64,000 nt of DNA from Lama guanicoe (GCA_013239625.1 MU054323.1:18184819-18248818), one strand, 5' to 3'. Shown: positions 1 to 14,199, numbered from the stretch's first letter. The notes: a model not told the origin generated them from the sequence alone. Program-made: numbers and translations.

Positions 1-2159
1 AATTTGAACTTCAGCATCTGAAGTTCTGGGAATTCTCTATATGTCCTCACAAATAATGATGTCACTGACACAGAAGAATGCTAGGGAGCAGCCTGGTTCT
101 CACCATTCCTCCTCAGTACATCCATTCTTGTTCTCATCTGTGCTGGGAGTAGATCAAACTGTTCATGGAAATGCTGCGTAGAACCAGTCCAAGTTGTGAG
201 TGATTTCTACTCACCTTCCTTCTGTCCCCACCCCCATCCCAACTCAACATTTTACTGGCATAAGTGTGAAGATTAAGGGCTGTTTCTTGACTATCTTGAC
301 TGATGGGCTAACAGCTCTATTAAAAAAAAATACAGTAGTCAGGTTTCCTGACTGCAAGCAAGCTGTCTTAACAAAAAAGGACATTTGCCAGCAGGACCCT
401 GGGAGGGAGTCCATGAAGTGATAAGAGACTCAGGATCGGAGACTGGCAACTTGAAGGAAACCGAAGGAGTCCTGGAGCCAGAGCGGCCAGGTACCCAGCT
501 GGGGACATGCTATAAAGCCACGTTAGTCCAAATGCGGCTGCTCTTCAGTTTCCTTCTGCCTTGGCTGCAGTTGCTTAAGCTTCTGAATCCCAGGAGCAAG
601 CCTCCAATTGGCTGGTCGTAGGTCCTGTGCTCTTCCAAAGGAGGGGCCTGCTAGGGGAGGTGGGTGTCAGGGCTCCGCGGCATGGGGTGTTCTCCCCAAG
701 GGAAGGTGAAGTGCTGACTGGAAGGGGTAGAGATAGAACAGCTACAAATAAGTAAATAAGTATCTGATAAATAACCACAGAATCAGCTAAGAACAAAGAG
801 TGAATTATCTTTAGGAGCAAAAGTCGAGCAAATAGTACTTGAGGGAAGAAATCTAAACGGTGCCGAGTCTCGCAGCCAGCAGCTGGCCCAGCACAGGGCT
901 TTCACCTTCAGGGCTGAGCCTGACCTGCAGTCCAGAAAAGCAGAGAGAAGTCTCACCTACCCACACATGCAGGGTATCCAGTTTTCTGTTCGCGCCTTTG
1001 AACCATCCACCTGCCACTGCTTTTTCGAACCAAGAGGCAGAGGAGTCCCTTGCTGCATTTCGAAGCCCCAGGTCCTCCACTGGGAGCCACAGGGGCAGTC
1101 TGGGCAGTCTGGCTTCCCCTCATCCCAGCTGTCTTGCTGCATGTCGCTGTTTATCTCGGGCATCCTCCAAAAGCCAATCCTTGCTGGAATTCTGCACTTT
1201 CCAGCCGAGCCAGATCAAGGGGCATGCCAGAATTCTGAGAAAAGTTGGAAATGTGGGGCTAGTTAACTCTGACTTCCTTATAGGAAATGTAAACTTGCCT
1301 CACTTTAGCTAGGGTCCCCAGAGAATAAACTTCAGTGAAAACATTAAAAAATATATATATATATATGTTTTTCTCTCTTCTAAACTCCTCTCTGTGCCTG
1401 CATTTTATATCCATCCACCTTAAGATCAGCCAGCTGGCACCTTGTGTCTCAGTTGGCTAGAAGACCGAAACAATGTGTGGCGTTGCTCCATGTACTGAAA
1501 ATGAGTGATGTATTATTTAAAATTCAAATAATTTAATATGATCTCCAAGAAATTGTCTGGTTTAGAAAATCATGAAGGAAAACTGTAGAAGAAGGAGGGA
1601 GAGGGGAAGGCAAAATCATGGACAAAACAGGAAATTTTGCTAACGTGGAGGAAGGAGCTCATTTTGAGTAAATCTCTCCAATGATGATTCAGAAAATCGG
1701 AGAAGGGCTCTTGATCTCACTGGTCAAGCCACAGTGACTCCGTGGTGAAGTCTGCTGGTTCTCTGGCCCCTTATGGGAAGAGAGATCTTTTGTAGGTCTG
1801 GGAACCCGGGCGCTGAGGTCCCACCCTCCCCCTCCCTGGGGCGCACCTGGTCATTGCTTCCTCCACATTCACAGTGAATGAAGATGCCCAGCTGACTCCA
1901 CGACCTTTCTCTCCACTTTCTAAGCTCCTGAAACCTCCTGTTAGTTTGGAGGAAGTCCTCTGTCTTCAAGTTTCCCTCCAAGTCCTCTTTCCCTTTAAAT
2001 TTCCAAGTCACCTAGCAAAATCTCTAGAGTGGCTTTAGGCTTTTGGAAACAAAATCTGGGAAGGATTGGGTAGCACAGCTGACGGTACTTCCTACCCTCC
2101 CCCAGTCTCTCAAGGGAGGAGGCTCTGAGCCCACAAGTGCGGTATCAGGCAACCTATAA

Positions 2160-2295
2160 CCTGTGGCCCCCTAAGATCCACATCCTCATCCCTGGACCCT
2201 GTGAACCACAGAGCTGTCAAATGATGAACTGGCGGTGTTTGAAGTCACTAGGTTTGTGGTATTTTGTGTGTTAGCAGTAGGAGAATAAGATAGAA
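2160..2295 (+). mobile_element. MLT1 (MaLR) LTR remnant, internally deleted
   Basis: MLT1-like start (ggccccctaagatccacatcctcatccctgga..tgtgaa) joined to MLT1-like end (aagtcactaggtttgtggtattttgt...cagtaggagaataagata). Confidence 0.6.
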
Positions 2296-3399
2296 TCTAT
2301 TTATGTTTGTTCTGAGTTTGGAGTCTTCTGAGAAATGAGACACAGGGCACAGAAGAATGGAGATTTAAAAAAATGGTAGCTTGACTCCTGAGAAAGGTGA
2401 TTTGAGAAAGTGGCTTTTTATTTGTGCTTATTGTGGATTCCCTGACACTTTCCCCCTGAGGTAGAGAGTCTTAGGCAGCCAGCTGCTGGCAGAGCTCTGC
2501 TAACTGGTTCTCCAGGGACCTTCTCCAGGGGGCATTCCCCTTGGCAGAGAGCAGGTAATGTGCACATCCTGAGGGCGGGAAGAAGCAGAGTGGGGAGACT
2601 TGGAAGCTGCTGAGCCCAGGACATGCTGTGACATCTCCCAAGTTCACCAGTTAGACGTGTCCTCTCCCTTGGGGAGGAGAGAGTAAAGGGGCCAGAAATG
2701 TAGGAAATGTTCTAGCAGGAGCCCCTCAGTCAGGTTCACAGGGGCAGGGGGAGGAGAGGAAAACAGAAACTCTGTATCTCGGAAATCATCCTTCCACACG
2801 CTTAGTGCAAGTAATGCTTCCCATATTTTGAACTTAAAAACACAGGTGCTTTTTATCAATAGAAAGTCAGACTCCCCCAGTCTCTTTAAGTACACGTTGA
2901 ACAGACACAAGGAATAGGGTTGGAGGGCATCAAGTCATTACTCTTCCTCCATGCTGCGTGTCTCTGTTCCTGCTTTATAGCTGCCCTTTCCTGTGGTTTT
3001 TTTCGGGCTTCCTCTCCCCCGATGTAACCCTCCACTCAAGTTTCTCTCCTTGTCCCCTTCCATTTGCCACGCAGGATTCCCGTTCACTGATGAACAAACT
3101 CCCCTATGTCTTTGTGCTATTTATTTGATTCTCTCTACACCCTCTGGTTTTAGCAGAAACCTGGGACCCACCTGTGTATACTCTTTCCCCTGGGGCTCAT
3201 TCTGCAACAGTCCTGCTGCTGATCCAGGCTCTGAGTTTGGCTGGGGTGATTTCATTCCCAAAGGCTGCCAGATTCTGGTCTCGCCATCTTGCTTCTTGGA
3301 GGCTCATGAGTTTTGGTCCGTCACCGTCTTATGTCTCCTCTTTGCCGTTATCTGCTGACCACCCAAGGACTCCTCCTCCCTAAGTGTTCAGTCCTGATG

Positions 3400-5950
3400 G
3401 TGGTTCACCTCTGCTGTCAAAGTCCAGACATCATCCAGGGGGAGTTTCATGGTCTGTAAGCAACCCATCCAACACCTTGGCCTCTCAGTTTCTTTCTCTC
3501 CAAGGACCTCTTCCTCCATTTGATTTTACCCTCACACAGCCCTAATGGAACCTGTCATCTGCCAAACTTGCTCCAAAATCATACTTTAGGCTCATTGCTT
3601 GGAGCTTCCTGACTTAATTATTCTCATGACCCCTCTTATTCCACAATCAGGACTTCTCATTCGTTGATTCCCTTACCTCTTGCCCTTCTGTCACTTTTAT
3701 CCAGCTTATATGCAATATTCTATAATTTCAAACTCCTCTCTTCTGATAACCTCACCTCCTATGCCTTATGTTCATTGCACCCACCTGGAGAAACCCCAAA
3801 CCCTGCATAAATCCCGTCACCCACTGTCTCGTGTGCCTTCGTCTGACTTAGTGGATGTTTCTTGATGCTGTCTTAGATTCATGGTCATCATCCCAACCTG
3901 AGTATGTGACACTACCCAGACATCTCTCAGTTGAGTCTTCCATTTCAGACTGTCCTACTGTTGAAAACATCCAAACTAAATATATCCTCCTTCAGTTAAG
4001 CTGATGGAACTGGCTCCTCTTTTATGCAGAAAATAGACATGATCAGACAGGAACTTGCTCAACTTAGTGCTACCAAATTCACAATTCTAGCTGCTTAAAT
4101 CAAATTTTCTTCCCTAACTCCTGCTGTCATTTATTCTCCTTTTATAAAAGTCCAATTCCTACACTGTGTTTTAAATTCCACACCTCCCTCATTTTTCAGG
4201 AGCTCATCTTTTTGTTAAATCCCTCTTAATTCCAGGAACTTTAATTTCTCCAAATCTACTGTCTTATTCCAATCAGCTTTTAAAGATTCTCCGTTTTCTC
4301 TTATTTGAAAAAACAGAAAGCGAGTAGATGGAGTAGAGATGAGAGGGAGAAACTGGTACAATTAACCAGATCTTTGCAGGGGGTGGTAATGAGCTTTGGA
4401 AGGGAGCCTGGGTATACCCCTCTCTGGGCATCTTTCATATTGCAGTTTTTGGCTGGACATCCCTCACTAGGATAAGAATCCCCACGTTTTTTTCACTTGG
4501 ACCAAATCGCATCTTGGTTGCCTGCTTTACCTGCTGTCCCTTTCCAGTTACTTCATACAGGAGTTGTTCTCACTGACCATCTCTTATTTTCCAATCTCAG
4601 GTTCATTCCTCCACCCATTGTAGTGTGGTTCTTCCTCCTTCACTGCACTCTAACTGCTTCCATCCAAGTTGCCAGTGACCTTCATATTGTTAATGTAATG
4701 GACAATTTTCAGTCCTTCTTTGACTTCATGGAAACATCTGTCACCATTGACCACTCTTCCTTCTCAAAACTCCACTTATTATGGCTTTCAGACTTCTTTA
4801 TCAACTCTTCTAAGTAGCCTGTAAATGTTGGAATTCCTCAGGGCTCTATTTTTCACTTGCTACGCTCCTCCTAGCCCGTCTCATCTATGTCCATGGTTTC
4901 TATGACTACCCAAATCCATCTCTGACCCCAGCCAAGCCCCACTTACTCAAGTAAATCTTATTTGATTGCTCCACTTGGATGTTTCAATACACCTTAAGAT
5001 CTTTTGGAAATATGTCCAAGACTAAATTTGTCAACACCTTCCACAAACTTGCTTATCCCTCAGGTTGGTTTGTTTTTTAATTGCATTTCTATCAATGGCT
5101 CAAGACAAAGGTTTGGTACTCATCTGTGACTTCTCGTTTGTCTCTGCTCGTCTCTAGTACTGCATTATCACTAATCATGTAGAAGGTCTCCCGTAAATCT
5201 CTCAGCTCTTCATACGGTCAGCATCCTAATCCATGCACCTTGCTTCTCACCTGGACTACCATATTCATCTCCTGTCTGATGTTCCTACTGTTCACCTTTT
5301 TCTTCTCTCTTTTGCCTCTATATCCTTAGCACCCAGGTAAGTACTGTCATCAGTAGTTGTACAATAGGTATTTAGTGAGTGAATTAATTTAGTTACTCTT
5401 GTCTTTCTCAAATCCAGCCTCCAGTCCACACACAAAGTATTCTTTGTAAACTGTAAGTCTAGTTGTATTACCCCTTCTTTTGTGATAGCTTAAATGCCTC
5501 CAGTGGCATATATTTGCTCCTAAAATTAAATCCCAAGCTTACTTAAGCAACTCTTTGCCTCTGCTTGCCTTCCCAACCTCACTGCACACTGTTTGCATGT
5601 AGCCCTTTGGCTGCCTCCTGAGCATCTTTCCTTTCCTCTTTCTCCAGACACGTGAATGTGCTCTTTCCTACACCACGCTCTTCTGCTTCACTGACCCCTG
5701 TTAATTCTCCACGTTTGGTACTTGCTGTCGCTTCCTCAGACGAGCCGGCTCTGACCTCCAGATAACTTTTCCCATTGATGTGCTTCAGAAGCTCTCTCTG
5801 CTGCTCTTCTTATGGTACTTTCCACACCTTTAAAACTGTCCCTAGTGCCTGATTCCACACGAGCATGAGTTGAGACTCTGATTCCTCGTGGTTTTCCCAG
5901 CACAGAGAGCGGGAATCTTTGCTGATTTAAAAGATGGATGTAACAACTAT
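3400..5950 (+). mobile_element. Degraded L2 LINE fragments
   Basis: Pyrimidine-rich L2-like motifs, e.g. ccagtgaccttcatattg..aatggacaattttcagtc, aaatgttggaattcctcagggctc, ctccacttggatgtttc, tctcacctggactac. Confidence 0.7.
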
Positions 5951-7339
5951 TCATCAATATGAAAAATTGACACCCTCCCCCCCATTAAACAGATGTGATA
6001 AGGACTGTGTGTTCCTTTTGTTGTTTCTCCCTCTCTCTATTTGATTTCTGAGTTCTCATTTTGCCAGTTTGTAGAGTATGAAGCTGAGATGGACACAGGG
6101 GTTGGAAATGTGATGTCTGTTTTGTGTTCATAATCAAGATTTGACTTCTTGTGTGATTACTGCTCGTACTGACTATTCTGACCTTGGATATAATTGGATC
6201 TGGAAGAACGCTGAGTTTGTCCAGGGATTACTAACATAAGGCACCTTCTGTCCCTTTGTATGCTGTTAGGAAGTGTTAGTTTTTGAAAAGTCGACTTGAT
6301 GAGTCTATCCATTTTGAGTGTGGTTTAGATTAAATCATTTCCCGAGGGTTTGGTTTTTACTGCTGGTTTCATTGGCAGTTGGCAAATTTGTCCTTATGTT
6401 AAACTGTGTAAAAACAGCTCTAAAGGAATTGGCTCCAAAGGCCATTTTAATGTTTTTCTTATGCAAGGAAAGTATTGGCCACATTTAACAAATCAACTCT
6501 GCTTAATGTACATCTCGACTGTTACCTTTGGAGCATTTGAAAGAATGGAAACCACAAAAATCTCTTGAGTATGATCTGCGGAGCTCCTTTTAGCCTCTTA
6601 GAAATGACAGGGTGGGGTCGGGGAGGGAGATTGGAAAGAGAGAAATAGGAAAGAAATGGGAGGGCTGATAAGAGAAGGAGATTATTTTTCCTTATGTTTT
6701 TATTAGTTTGCCAGATATCTTAACCTGACATTCTAAATCCTCTTTGAAGACAACATGGAACTTTACCAGCAGATGGGTTTTCAGAAAAATCGGGGTTTGA
6801 GAGGCAATGGAGGGACTGTTAAATCTTTCCTTGAGGCTTCAGGCTAAACTCAGGGGCTATCGCTATGGTCAGGGATCACTGATGAGACGTGACTTCAGGG
6901 AAATCGTCTATGAGCAGATATCGCCACCTCCCCCCAAAACAAAAGCTCCATCATGAACTAATCATGGTGCCAGGAAATTTTGCAATTAATTATTCATTCC
7001 TCTAGGCTTAACGGATTGTATACGTAGGAGGCTTCTATGAAAATGCAGTTTTTCCTCTGAGGTCTCAGGCACATATGCATAGACTATTTACCAGTTACAA
7101 ACACTAATTAATCAGATGTTGATCATAAAGGTTAAAAAAAAATGGGGGAGGACGTTCTGATGGGTAAGACCAGCATATGGTGGTTCTTTAGAAGCAAGAG
7201 TTATTTTTACCAATAATAGCTTGTTGGGAAAAAATAAAAATAAACAACAAAAAATTTTAAATAACTTATTGGAAGGATACTGATGGTGCCCAGCATCAGG
7301 GGAAGAGGCAGCCAATCAGACCTTAAGACAAACAGTAAC

Positions 7340-7520
7340 CAGAGCGGGGCTGAGAACTTAGACAAGATGATTACTGCCTCATACTTCAGTTTCCTCCTTT
7401 GGAGACTTAGAGATACATATAGTGCTGACTCCATGAAGTTGTTACAAGGATCAAATGAGTTAACATTTGTGAACTTAGAACAGTGGCTGGCACTTAATAA
7501 GAGCTCAATAAAAATTACCT
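7340..7520 (+). mobile_element. MIR SINE
   Basis: cttcagtttcctcctttgga...gttgttacaaggatcaaatgagttaac...cagtggctggcacttaataagagctcaataaa. Confidence 0.8.
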
Positions 7521-7549
7521 CTTAGCCTGAATGCAAGAACCTCTCAGGG

Positions 7550-7900
7550 GCTGCCAGTGGTTAATGGGGAGATGATGGTGGCTTGAGCCAGAGAGATCGC
7601 AGTGGAGGTGATGAGAAATAATCATACTTTGGTCTTACCTAGGAGGTAGAATGCCAACTGTATTTGCTAATGGATTAAATGTGAAGTGTGAGAAAAAGAG
7701 TGGAATAAAGAATGATGTCATGGTTTTGGATCAGAGCAAATGGAAAGTTCTAAGTTGCCATTTATTGAGATGGAGAAACTGGGGCAGATAAAGAGTCTGT
7801 TTTTAGATGTGTTAAGTTTAAGATGCCTGTGAGACGTCTAAGGGCAGATGTAAAGGTCTGTTGAATAAAAGTGTCTGGAAAGGCCCTGGCTTGAGTGGTA
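7550..7900 (-). mobile_element. L2 fragment
   Basis: gatggtggcttgagccag...gcagtggaggtgatgagaa...ttgctaatggatt...ttgccatttattgagatgg...tgttaagtttaagatgcctgtgagac. Confidence 0.7.
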
Positions 7901-9019
7901 AATATAAATCAGCAGGAAGACTACATGTAGAAACTAAAATAATTATTTCCTAACTACTTGCAAGGGTGTAGCTGGTATTAATGAATGTCCTCTGATATTA
8001 CTCATTCTATATTCTCTTTGTCTCTTGCCCGGGCTTCAGCAGATTCGGTTTCTTTGGCTACTGAAGTGATCTAAACCTTTGTTCCAGAGGTTTCTGGGCC
8101 TGTGGTAGAGCTGGCATTCATTTGCTGGAGTCCTCCATGAACATTTCATGTTGGACGTGATAGATCAAGGTGGTACTCAGAGGATTCTCCTGGTTGGACA
8201 GGCCATGTGCAATTCTTTGGTGGGGAGCTTGGCAAAATGAGGCCACTTGAAAATACCTGGAGAGGAAGAAGTGCCAGAAGTGGAGAAAGGGTGCAGAAAA
8301 TGAGAAAGGAATGTTCCAAGACAGGTTTGTCTGCTCTACTGAGCATTACCCAGTGTCTTTCTCAAGGGAACTGAAACGGGCTCAGATCACAGCCGGCGTG
8401 CCTTCCTCGCCCGACCCTCCCCACTCAGTGGGAGATGCAGCTGTGGGACTCACAGGTAGACCCGTCTCAGCCCTCCTCCTTTTCACACACAACGTCACAA
8501 CAGGTTATGCTTGGAGTCTTCTGCTATTAATTTTCATCACCCAAATAGTCATTAAATGAAACTTAGCCTAGGTTTTTTTTTTTCTGTTCTGTTTTATTAC
8601 CACCACCTGACTCATTATTAAAAAGCAAGGAAGCATCAATTAGCTCCAGACACATACATGACAGTTACACTAGGGAGACACGGCCGGGTTGAACAGCACA
8701 TCCCCCTGGAGTGCATAATAATCTGGCAGAGACCAGAGCTCCATGGATAAGCAGCAAATGTGTCTAATTGACTTCCTGGGAAATGAGATCCTCATGTCAA
8801 AACATCTGGGTACAATTTTCTGGGCATTTAAACAACTCGCCGGCTCTGCAGAGGCATAGAATCAGCCCTGGGCTGCATCTTGACTGGATTTGAACTGGAC
8901 CCTGCGCTTTACCCTCCCCCCCTTCACTCTGTGCCGCATACGCCGTTCTGTTTAGTTCTTGGCCTAGCCCACCTGCTACGGTTTAAGTGATGGGCTTTTC
9001 TCACCACATCTCATCACCC

Positions 9020-9400
9020 AGTCCTCTGCACCACTGAACTTCTGGCCGTTCCTTGAACAGGGCAGAAGGGTCAGATTAGGTACTTGGTGCATATTCTTTG
9101 CCCCTTGTTTTGCTGAGAATGTGTCCTTATCCCTCAACTGCTGGCCTAAATGTCAGTGACTTAATGCAGCTCTCACTGAGTGCCCCCAGCCGTTAGCTGT
9201 TTTGTCCTCCATTCTCTCACTTCCTAGCTCTGGAATAGTACTTCTACCATTTACACTGTAATTTAACTGCTCACATGTCTGTCTTTTCAACTAGCAGGTG
9301 AGCTGCTTGACTTGAGACAATGTGTGGTTCTGACTTTGTAGTCTAAGATCCCTCCCTCATGAGCCATTGGATAAAATGTTGTAGCATTAATGAATTTATT
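9020..9400 (+). mobile_element. L2 3' fragment
   Basis: ccactgaacttctggccgttccttgaaca...tgtctgtcttttcaactag..gtgagctgcttga...aaatgttg..attaatgaat. Confidence 0.6.
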
Positions 9401-10319
9401 TTTGCTTGGCCAACTAAAATAATTGGGTTTGAAAATAAGACTGAAACAGCTTTCTAGTCAACAGTGGGTGTTATCTTCCTGTGGTTAATTGCCCCCGATG
9501 AAGAAGGATGGGTAGGTTTTCTCTCCTCCCCAGGCTTGGAGCAGGTCCTGGACAGCGCCTGTGAGGTAGGATAGTGCGGTGGTTCTCTGTGTGGTCAGGG
9601 GACCACCGGAATCTCCTAGGGAGCTTGACAGGAAGGCAGAGTTCTGGGCCTGTCTTCAGACCCCAGAGTCAGGTCGTAGGCAGTGGGGACCAGCAGTCTG
9701 GATGTTCTCTCAGTGAGTCTTACAGACTCATGAATTTGAGAGCCATTGTAGTAGAGATGGGAGAGGAAGTGTTCCTTCACAAATGCAGCCAGGATGCACT
9801 AGGGTGTGAGTGAAAGTAGGGACCAGAAGGCGATCCACCTGTGATGGAGGAGGGGTGCCCTTCTGTTTCGAACCTATCTTACCTGCGTTCTTATCCTCCC
9901 TCCGACCCTCCTGTGTTGCACGTATCCTCAGTCCTGTGCGCGTGACAGCATGTTCATGAGCTGTACTTCTGGGATTCTGGGAGAACAACCCAAAGCGGCC
10001 TCCTCTAAAGTCTTTACTTAAATATTCACGTTGACCGTGAATTCTACTCTACTTATAACATATGTTACAAGTAAATATATATAACATGTATTTGTTTTAA
10101 AATAAAAGTAATGTTTTAAAACACTATTGAATAACATTTAGCTCTAGGAAATTTTACTAGTTCGTCCTTTATCGTAACTGCAGGATTATGGTTTTCTTCA
10201 TTTAAGAAGGTATCATCTTAAAATACCAGTAGATAAGGATTCTGGAAAGAGGAGAAATAGAATTATAAAAACTGGGGAGCTATGGAAATAAAAAAGGAAG
10301 GATTTACTGATGGCTTCAA

Positions 10320-10510
10320 ACTGTCTTTGAAATCAGAGCTAATTTATCGACTGCACAGTCTTGGGCAAATGACATTACCTCTTAGAACCTCTGATCTTTT
10401 GTCCATAAAATGAAAATAAATGACCAGCCTTTCAGCAATGATTGTAAAGAATAGAGATAAGGTATATGGAATCAATGGTCCATAATACAAAAAAATTGCA
10501 GCTCAAAAAT
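10320..10510 (+). mobile_element. MIR SINE
   Basis: cttgggcaaatgacattacctcttagaacctc..tccataaaatgaaaata core. Confidence 0.7.
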
Positions 10511-10534
10511 AGCAGCTTTTTATCAACTTTTGAG

Positions 10535-11450
10535 CTTCTGGCCATGACAGAATAACTGGTGCCTGACCAGCCTTCTCACTGTAACAAATGTGAGAACCCC
10601 TGTCCCCAAACACTTACCAGCAGGCAGCAGAGGACTGTGGAGCCAGAAAAAAGGAAAACAAACAAGGAGGAGCAGTATGCTCATCCCAGCTTACTGCCTG
10701 GAGGCAATTTCTGGACTCTGTACAGGGGGGTGAAACTCAAGTAGAGAAAAGTGGTCTTGCTGAGCTGAGTAGTCTGAGAGATCAGAGGTTCGGAGGGAAA
10801 AGGTAGCTATAATTTGTGGCATGAAATACTAGAGAGGAGGGAGCTATCCAGAGAAAACACAGGAATCTGCATAGGGGTTTCCTCAATTACTTGAAGAAAC
10901 ACAAGTCTGCACATACTTCAGTGAAATTCCACCAGACCAGGCAAAGAACAACTGCTGGGAAAGTAATGAATTGCCAGGGAGCTATAAGCTGAATAATTCC
11001 CAGAGCCTACTATAAACCCATTCTAGCGAAGTTTTATAACATGCCTGAAAAGAATTTGATGATCCACAGGTAAATTAACAGTATCACTTTTTAAAGAAAG
11101 GAAACAAAACCTAGACACTGACAGTGTTACACACCGTGTCCGGCATCCTGTCATAAATTATTAGGTGCAGAAACAGGAAAATGTGACCCATAACCAGAAG
11201 AGAAATCAGTAAAGACAAACAGACTCAGAAATGACAGAAATGATAAGAATAGCAAACAAGGTTTTTAAAGAGCTGTTATCAATGTGAACATGGCATTGAT
11301 GGCCTGCAGAATAATTCCCAGAGGTCGAACACATATAAACTTAGAGTCTTAGGAAAGGGGACAGCAAAGAATTTGAAGTGTTTATGGCTGAAAAACAAGT
11401 CCAGATATGATGAAAAATATCAACACAGATTATGTAGAAGTAGGGAGGGA
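10535..11450 (+). mobile_element. Ancient L1M 5'/ORF1-region fragment
   Basis: A-rich sequence with L1M-like motifs (aaacaggaaaatgtgacccataaccagaagagaaatcag, cagaaatgacagaaatgataagaatagcaaacaagg). Confidence 0.6.
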
Positions 11451-11520
11451 AGTTGCATTAAAAAGCATCAAAGGAGTGCTAGGCAGATAATCTTATGCAG
11501 AATCAGGCTTGTCAAAATTA

Positions 11521-11729
11521 GGTTGACCCTTAGAACAATACGGAAGTAAGGGGCAGTGACCCTCTGCACAGCTGAAAATCTGCGCATAACTTGGAGCTAG
11601 TTTTCTGTAGCTGTGGTTCCGCAAACAGATTCAGTAAACCACAGATCCTGCAGTATTATTGGAAAAAAATCTGTGTATAAGTGGATCCAGTGGATCCACC
11701 CAGTTCAAACCCATGTTCAAGGATCAATG
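11521..11729. mobile_element. Tigger2-derived MITE (MER8-like)
   Basis: Degenerate terminal inverted repeats ggttgacccttagaaca ... tgttcaaggatcaatg, flanked by TA. Confidence 0.75.
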
Positions 11730-11749
11730 TACACTATTCACTTAGAGCA

Positions 11750-12180
11750 AGACCCACAATAGCCAAGAGGTTAAAAAAAAAAAACCAATATCCATCAGTG
11801 GATGAATGGATACCCAAGTGCGTTTTACACCTATAACAGAATATTATTCAACCTTTAAAAGGAGGGAAATACTGTCACACGCTACAGTGTATATGACCTT
11901 GAGGACATTATGCTAAGTGAAGTAAGTCTGTCGCAAAATGTTACATACTGTATGATTCCACCTATATGAGGTAACTAGTCAAATCCATAGGAAAGAAAGC
12001 AGGATATTGGTTCCCAGGTACTGGATGGAGAGGAAGTTGTTGTTTAATAGATACAGTTTCAGCTTTGCAAGATAAAATGTCCTAAAGATTTGTTTACAAC
12101 AACATGAATATACTTAACACTGCTGAACGGTACCCTTAAAATGGTTAAGATGGTAGATTTTATTTTATCACAATAAAAAA
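11750..12180 (+). mobile_element. L1M (L1MA/MB-like) 3' end
   Basis: tccatcagtggatgaatggata...ccttgaggacattatgctaagtgaa...tactgtatgattcca...cttaaaatggttaagatggta...caataaaaaa. Confidence 0.85.
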
Positions 12181-12194
12181 GTGTGTGCGTGTGC

Positions 12195-12540
12195 ATAAAA
12201 TTCATTTAAAGCTCACAGCAACCCTGTGAGGACAGACATTATTAAACCACTTTAAAGGTGTGGAAATGAGTTCAGAGAAGTCAAGTTATTTGTCTGCAGT
12301 CATCCAGCTATGTTCATAGCACAGGGAAGATTTATTTATTTTAAATGTTTTTATTATTTTGTAATATAATTTTTTTAGAGGGGAAGTAATTAGGTTTATT
12401 TATTTTAATGGGGGTACTGGGGATTGAACTCAGGACCTCAGGCATGCTCAGCAGGCACTCTACCACTGAGCTATGCCCACTCCCCTCACAGTGAAGACTT
12501 AAACTCAGCCATCTGACTGCAGAGTCGCTGCTCCTGCTAT
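12195..12540 (-). mobile_element. MIR interrupted by a younger SINE
   Basis: ctcacagcaaccctgtgagg...gttcagagaagtcaagttatttgtc, resuming after the SINE with ttaaactcagccatctgactgcagag. Confidence 0.7.
12331..12485 (-). mobile_element. tRNA-derived camelid-type SINE (vic-1-like)
   Basis: Minus strand has box A (tagctcagtgg), box B-like (gagttcaatcc), aaataaacctaattac and an A-rich tail. Target-site duplication cacagggaaga (12320-12330) / cacagtgaaga (12487-12497). Confidence 0.88.
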
Positions 12541-13119
12541 CATCTTGCTGCATGTGAAAGACAGGCTCACCACTGCTGGGGGGTCGGGCTGCTTGGAGGA
12601 CCCCACGCCACGAGGAAGCGGTCCTTCCTTGAATTCTTTTTCATTCAGTTTTCTGCCTCTCCTTTGAAGACACCTCATTTGTTCACCTCATCTGGCAGTG
12701 ATTTTATAGGCTTACGGATTTTTAGACTTGACATTACTTTCACAGATCTAGTCTGATTGTTTCCATCTCTGTTTTGTCTGATTTGGATGACATGGCAAGT
12801 GGGGACTCCACCCAATGTCTCCTGGAAAAGCTCTGTTACTGCCTACTTAATGTACTGGAATTCTGTGTTACGATTTCATTTACAAAAAAGAAAAAGAGTG
12901 CTGATCCCAGGAAATTAATCTATTCCAGCCACCCATCAGTGGGGAACCTGGGGCCCAGAGTGACTTGCCAGGAGGAAACAGCAAGTGAGCGGTAAAGCCA
13001 AGACAAGAATTCAGACCTCTTTCATAATCTCTACTTTAGTTTGCTGGACTCTGCTTGCTAAACTCCTGTAGCCCTTTTCTGGGGGGGGGGCTACACATTG
13101 ATATTATCCCATTCTTTTC

Positions 13120-13141
13120 GTGTGTGTGTGTGTGTGTGTGT
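13120..13141. repeat. (GT)n microsatellite
   Basis: About 11 GT units seen directly. Confidence 0.9.
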
Positions 13142-14199
13142 CTAGTTTACGCTTCTAAAGTATCTTGTCTTTGAGGGATGTCACTCATCTTGGTGTTTGA
13201 CTGAGTTAGGACACAGTGCTTGCATCTTCATTCGTTCATTCCACATTGCAGTTGCTTGGTGCATTGCTGAATAAATGCAGCAGAGGTAGACTTTAAGCCC
13301 GAATAGTAGCCATTAACCCTGATCTCCCGTCGCTGGGCTTTTCAGGGGCGAAAATTACAAGTAAGTCTTGAAACCCAGTTTCAAAAGTACAGAATTTTTA
13401 GAGCAGTTTCATTGTTAAGAGAACACTAATGATTGGAGTATGTTCTCAAGATGAAAGTGAAACTTTACCGTTTGTCTCTATGGCTCTTGGTGGAAGTGGG
13501 GGGACATGAATGGAAGGCGAGGACTCAGGGTCTGGAGAGCTGCAGCTGCCTTTGTGGGTGTTCCACCTGGCAAATACCTTTTCAAGTGTTTCAGGTTCAG
13601 TGAACTCAGAATTTATCTTCCTAATTACCTCTTCCATTTGCTTCTCAACCCCCTGGGTACTTAAGTGGCAATTTAACCCATCTGCTTCATATTCATTTAC
13701 ATTTAACTCATCTAAATGTTATTTGGATGAAATTTGAGAATGCTTTCTTTTGGATTCAGTTAATGCAGATTAATCTTCAGTCCCAGAAAGGAAAAACATA
13801 AACAAATAAATACCAGGATTGTTTAGTCTAATTCATAAATAATAGGAACCCTCTCTCCCAGCCATCGGCACATTGTGCAGCATCAGGACACAAGAATGTA
13901 CACTTCAGCATGATTCCTGCGTCACCCACCCTCGTTTACCTTCTTCAGTGCCCTCCTCCTGTGTGTCCCTGGCGTGTCCTGCTCTCCTAGGGTAGTGCTC
14001 TAACCTCACGATCCCCTGACACAAATCCCTGTAGTTTTGTAACTCTTGCTTTGCTCATTGGCAGACAACTTATCTGATAAAGGAATTCATGGAAAATATT
14101 GGGAAGAAACTAGCAATAGCCAAACTTTGTTGAAAGTCTGTTATTAACGCCAGTGACTGGATTAGTTGATTATGCTCTCATGACCCTTCCCCCTGACCC

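Noticed and set aside
860..1312. 150-aa ORF and other short ORFs across the window
   Set aside because: Non-ATG or poor starts, composition typical of random frames, no recognisable domain or exon structure.
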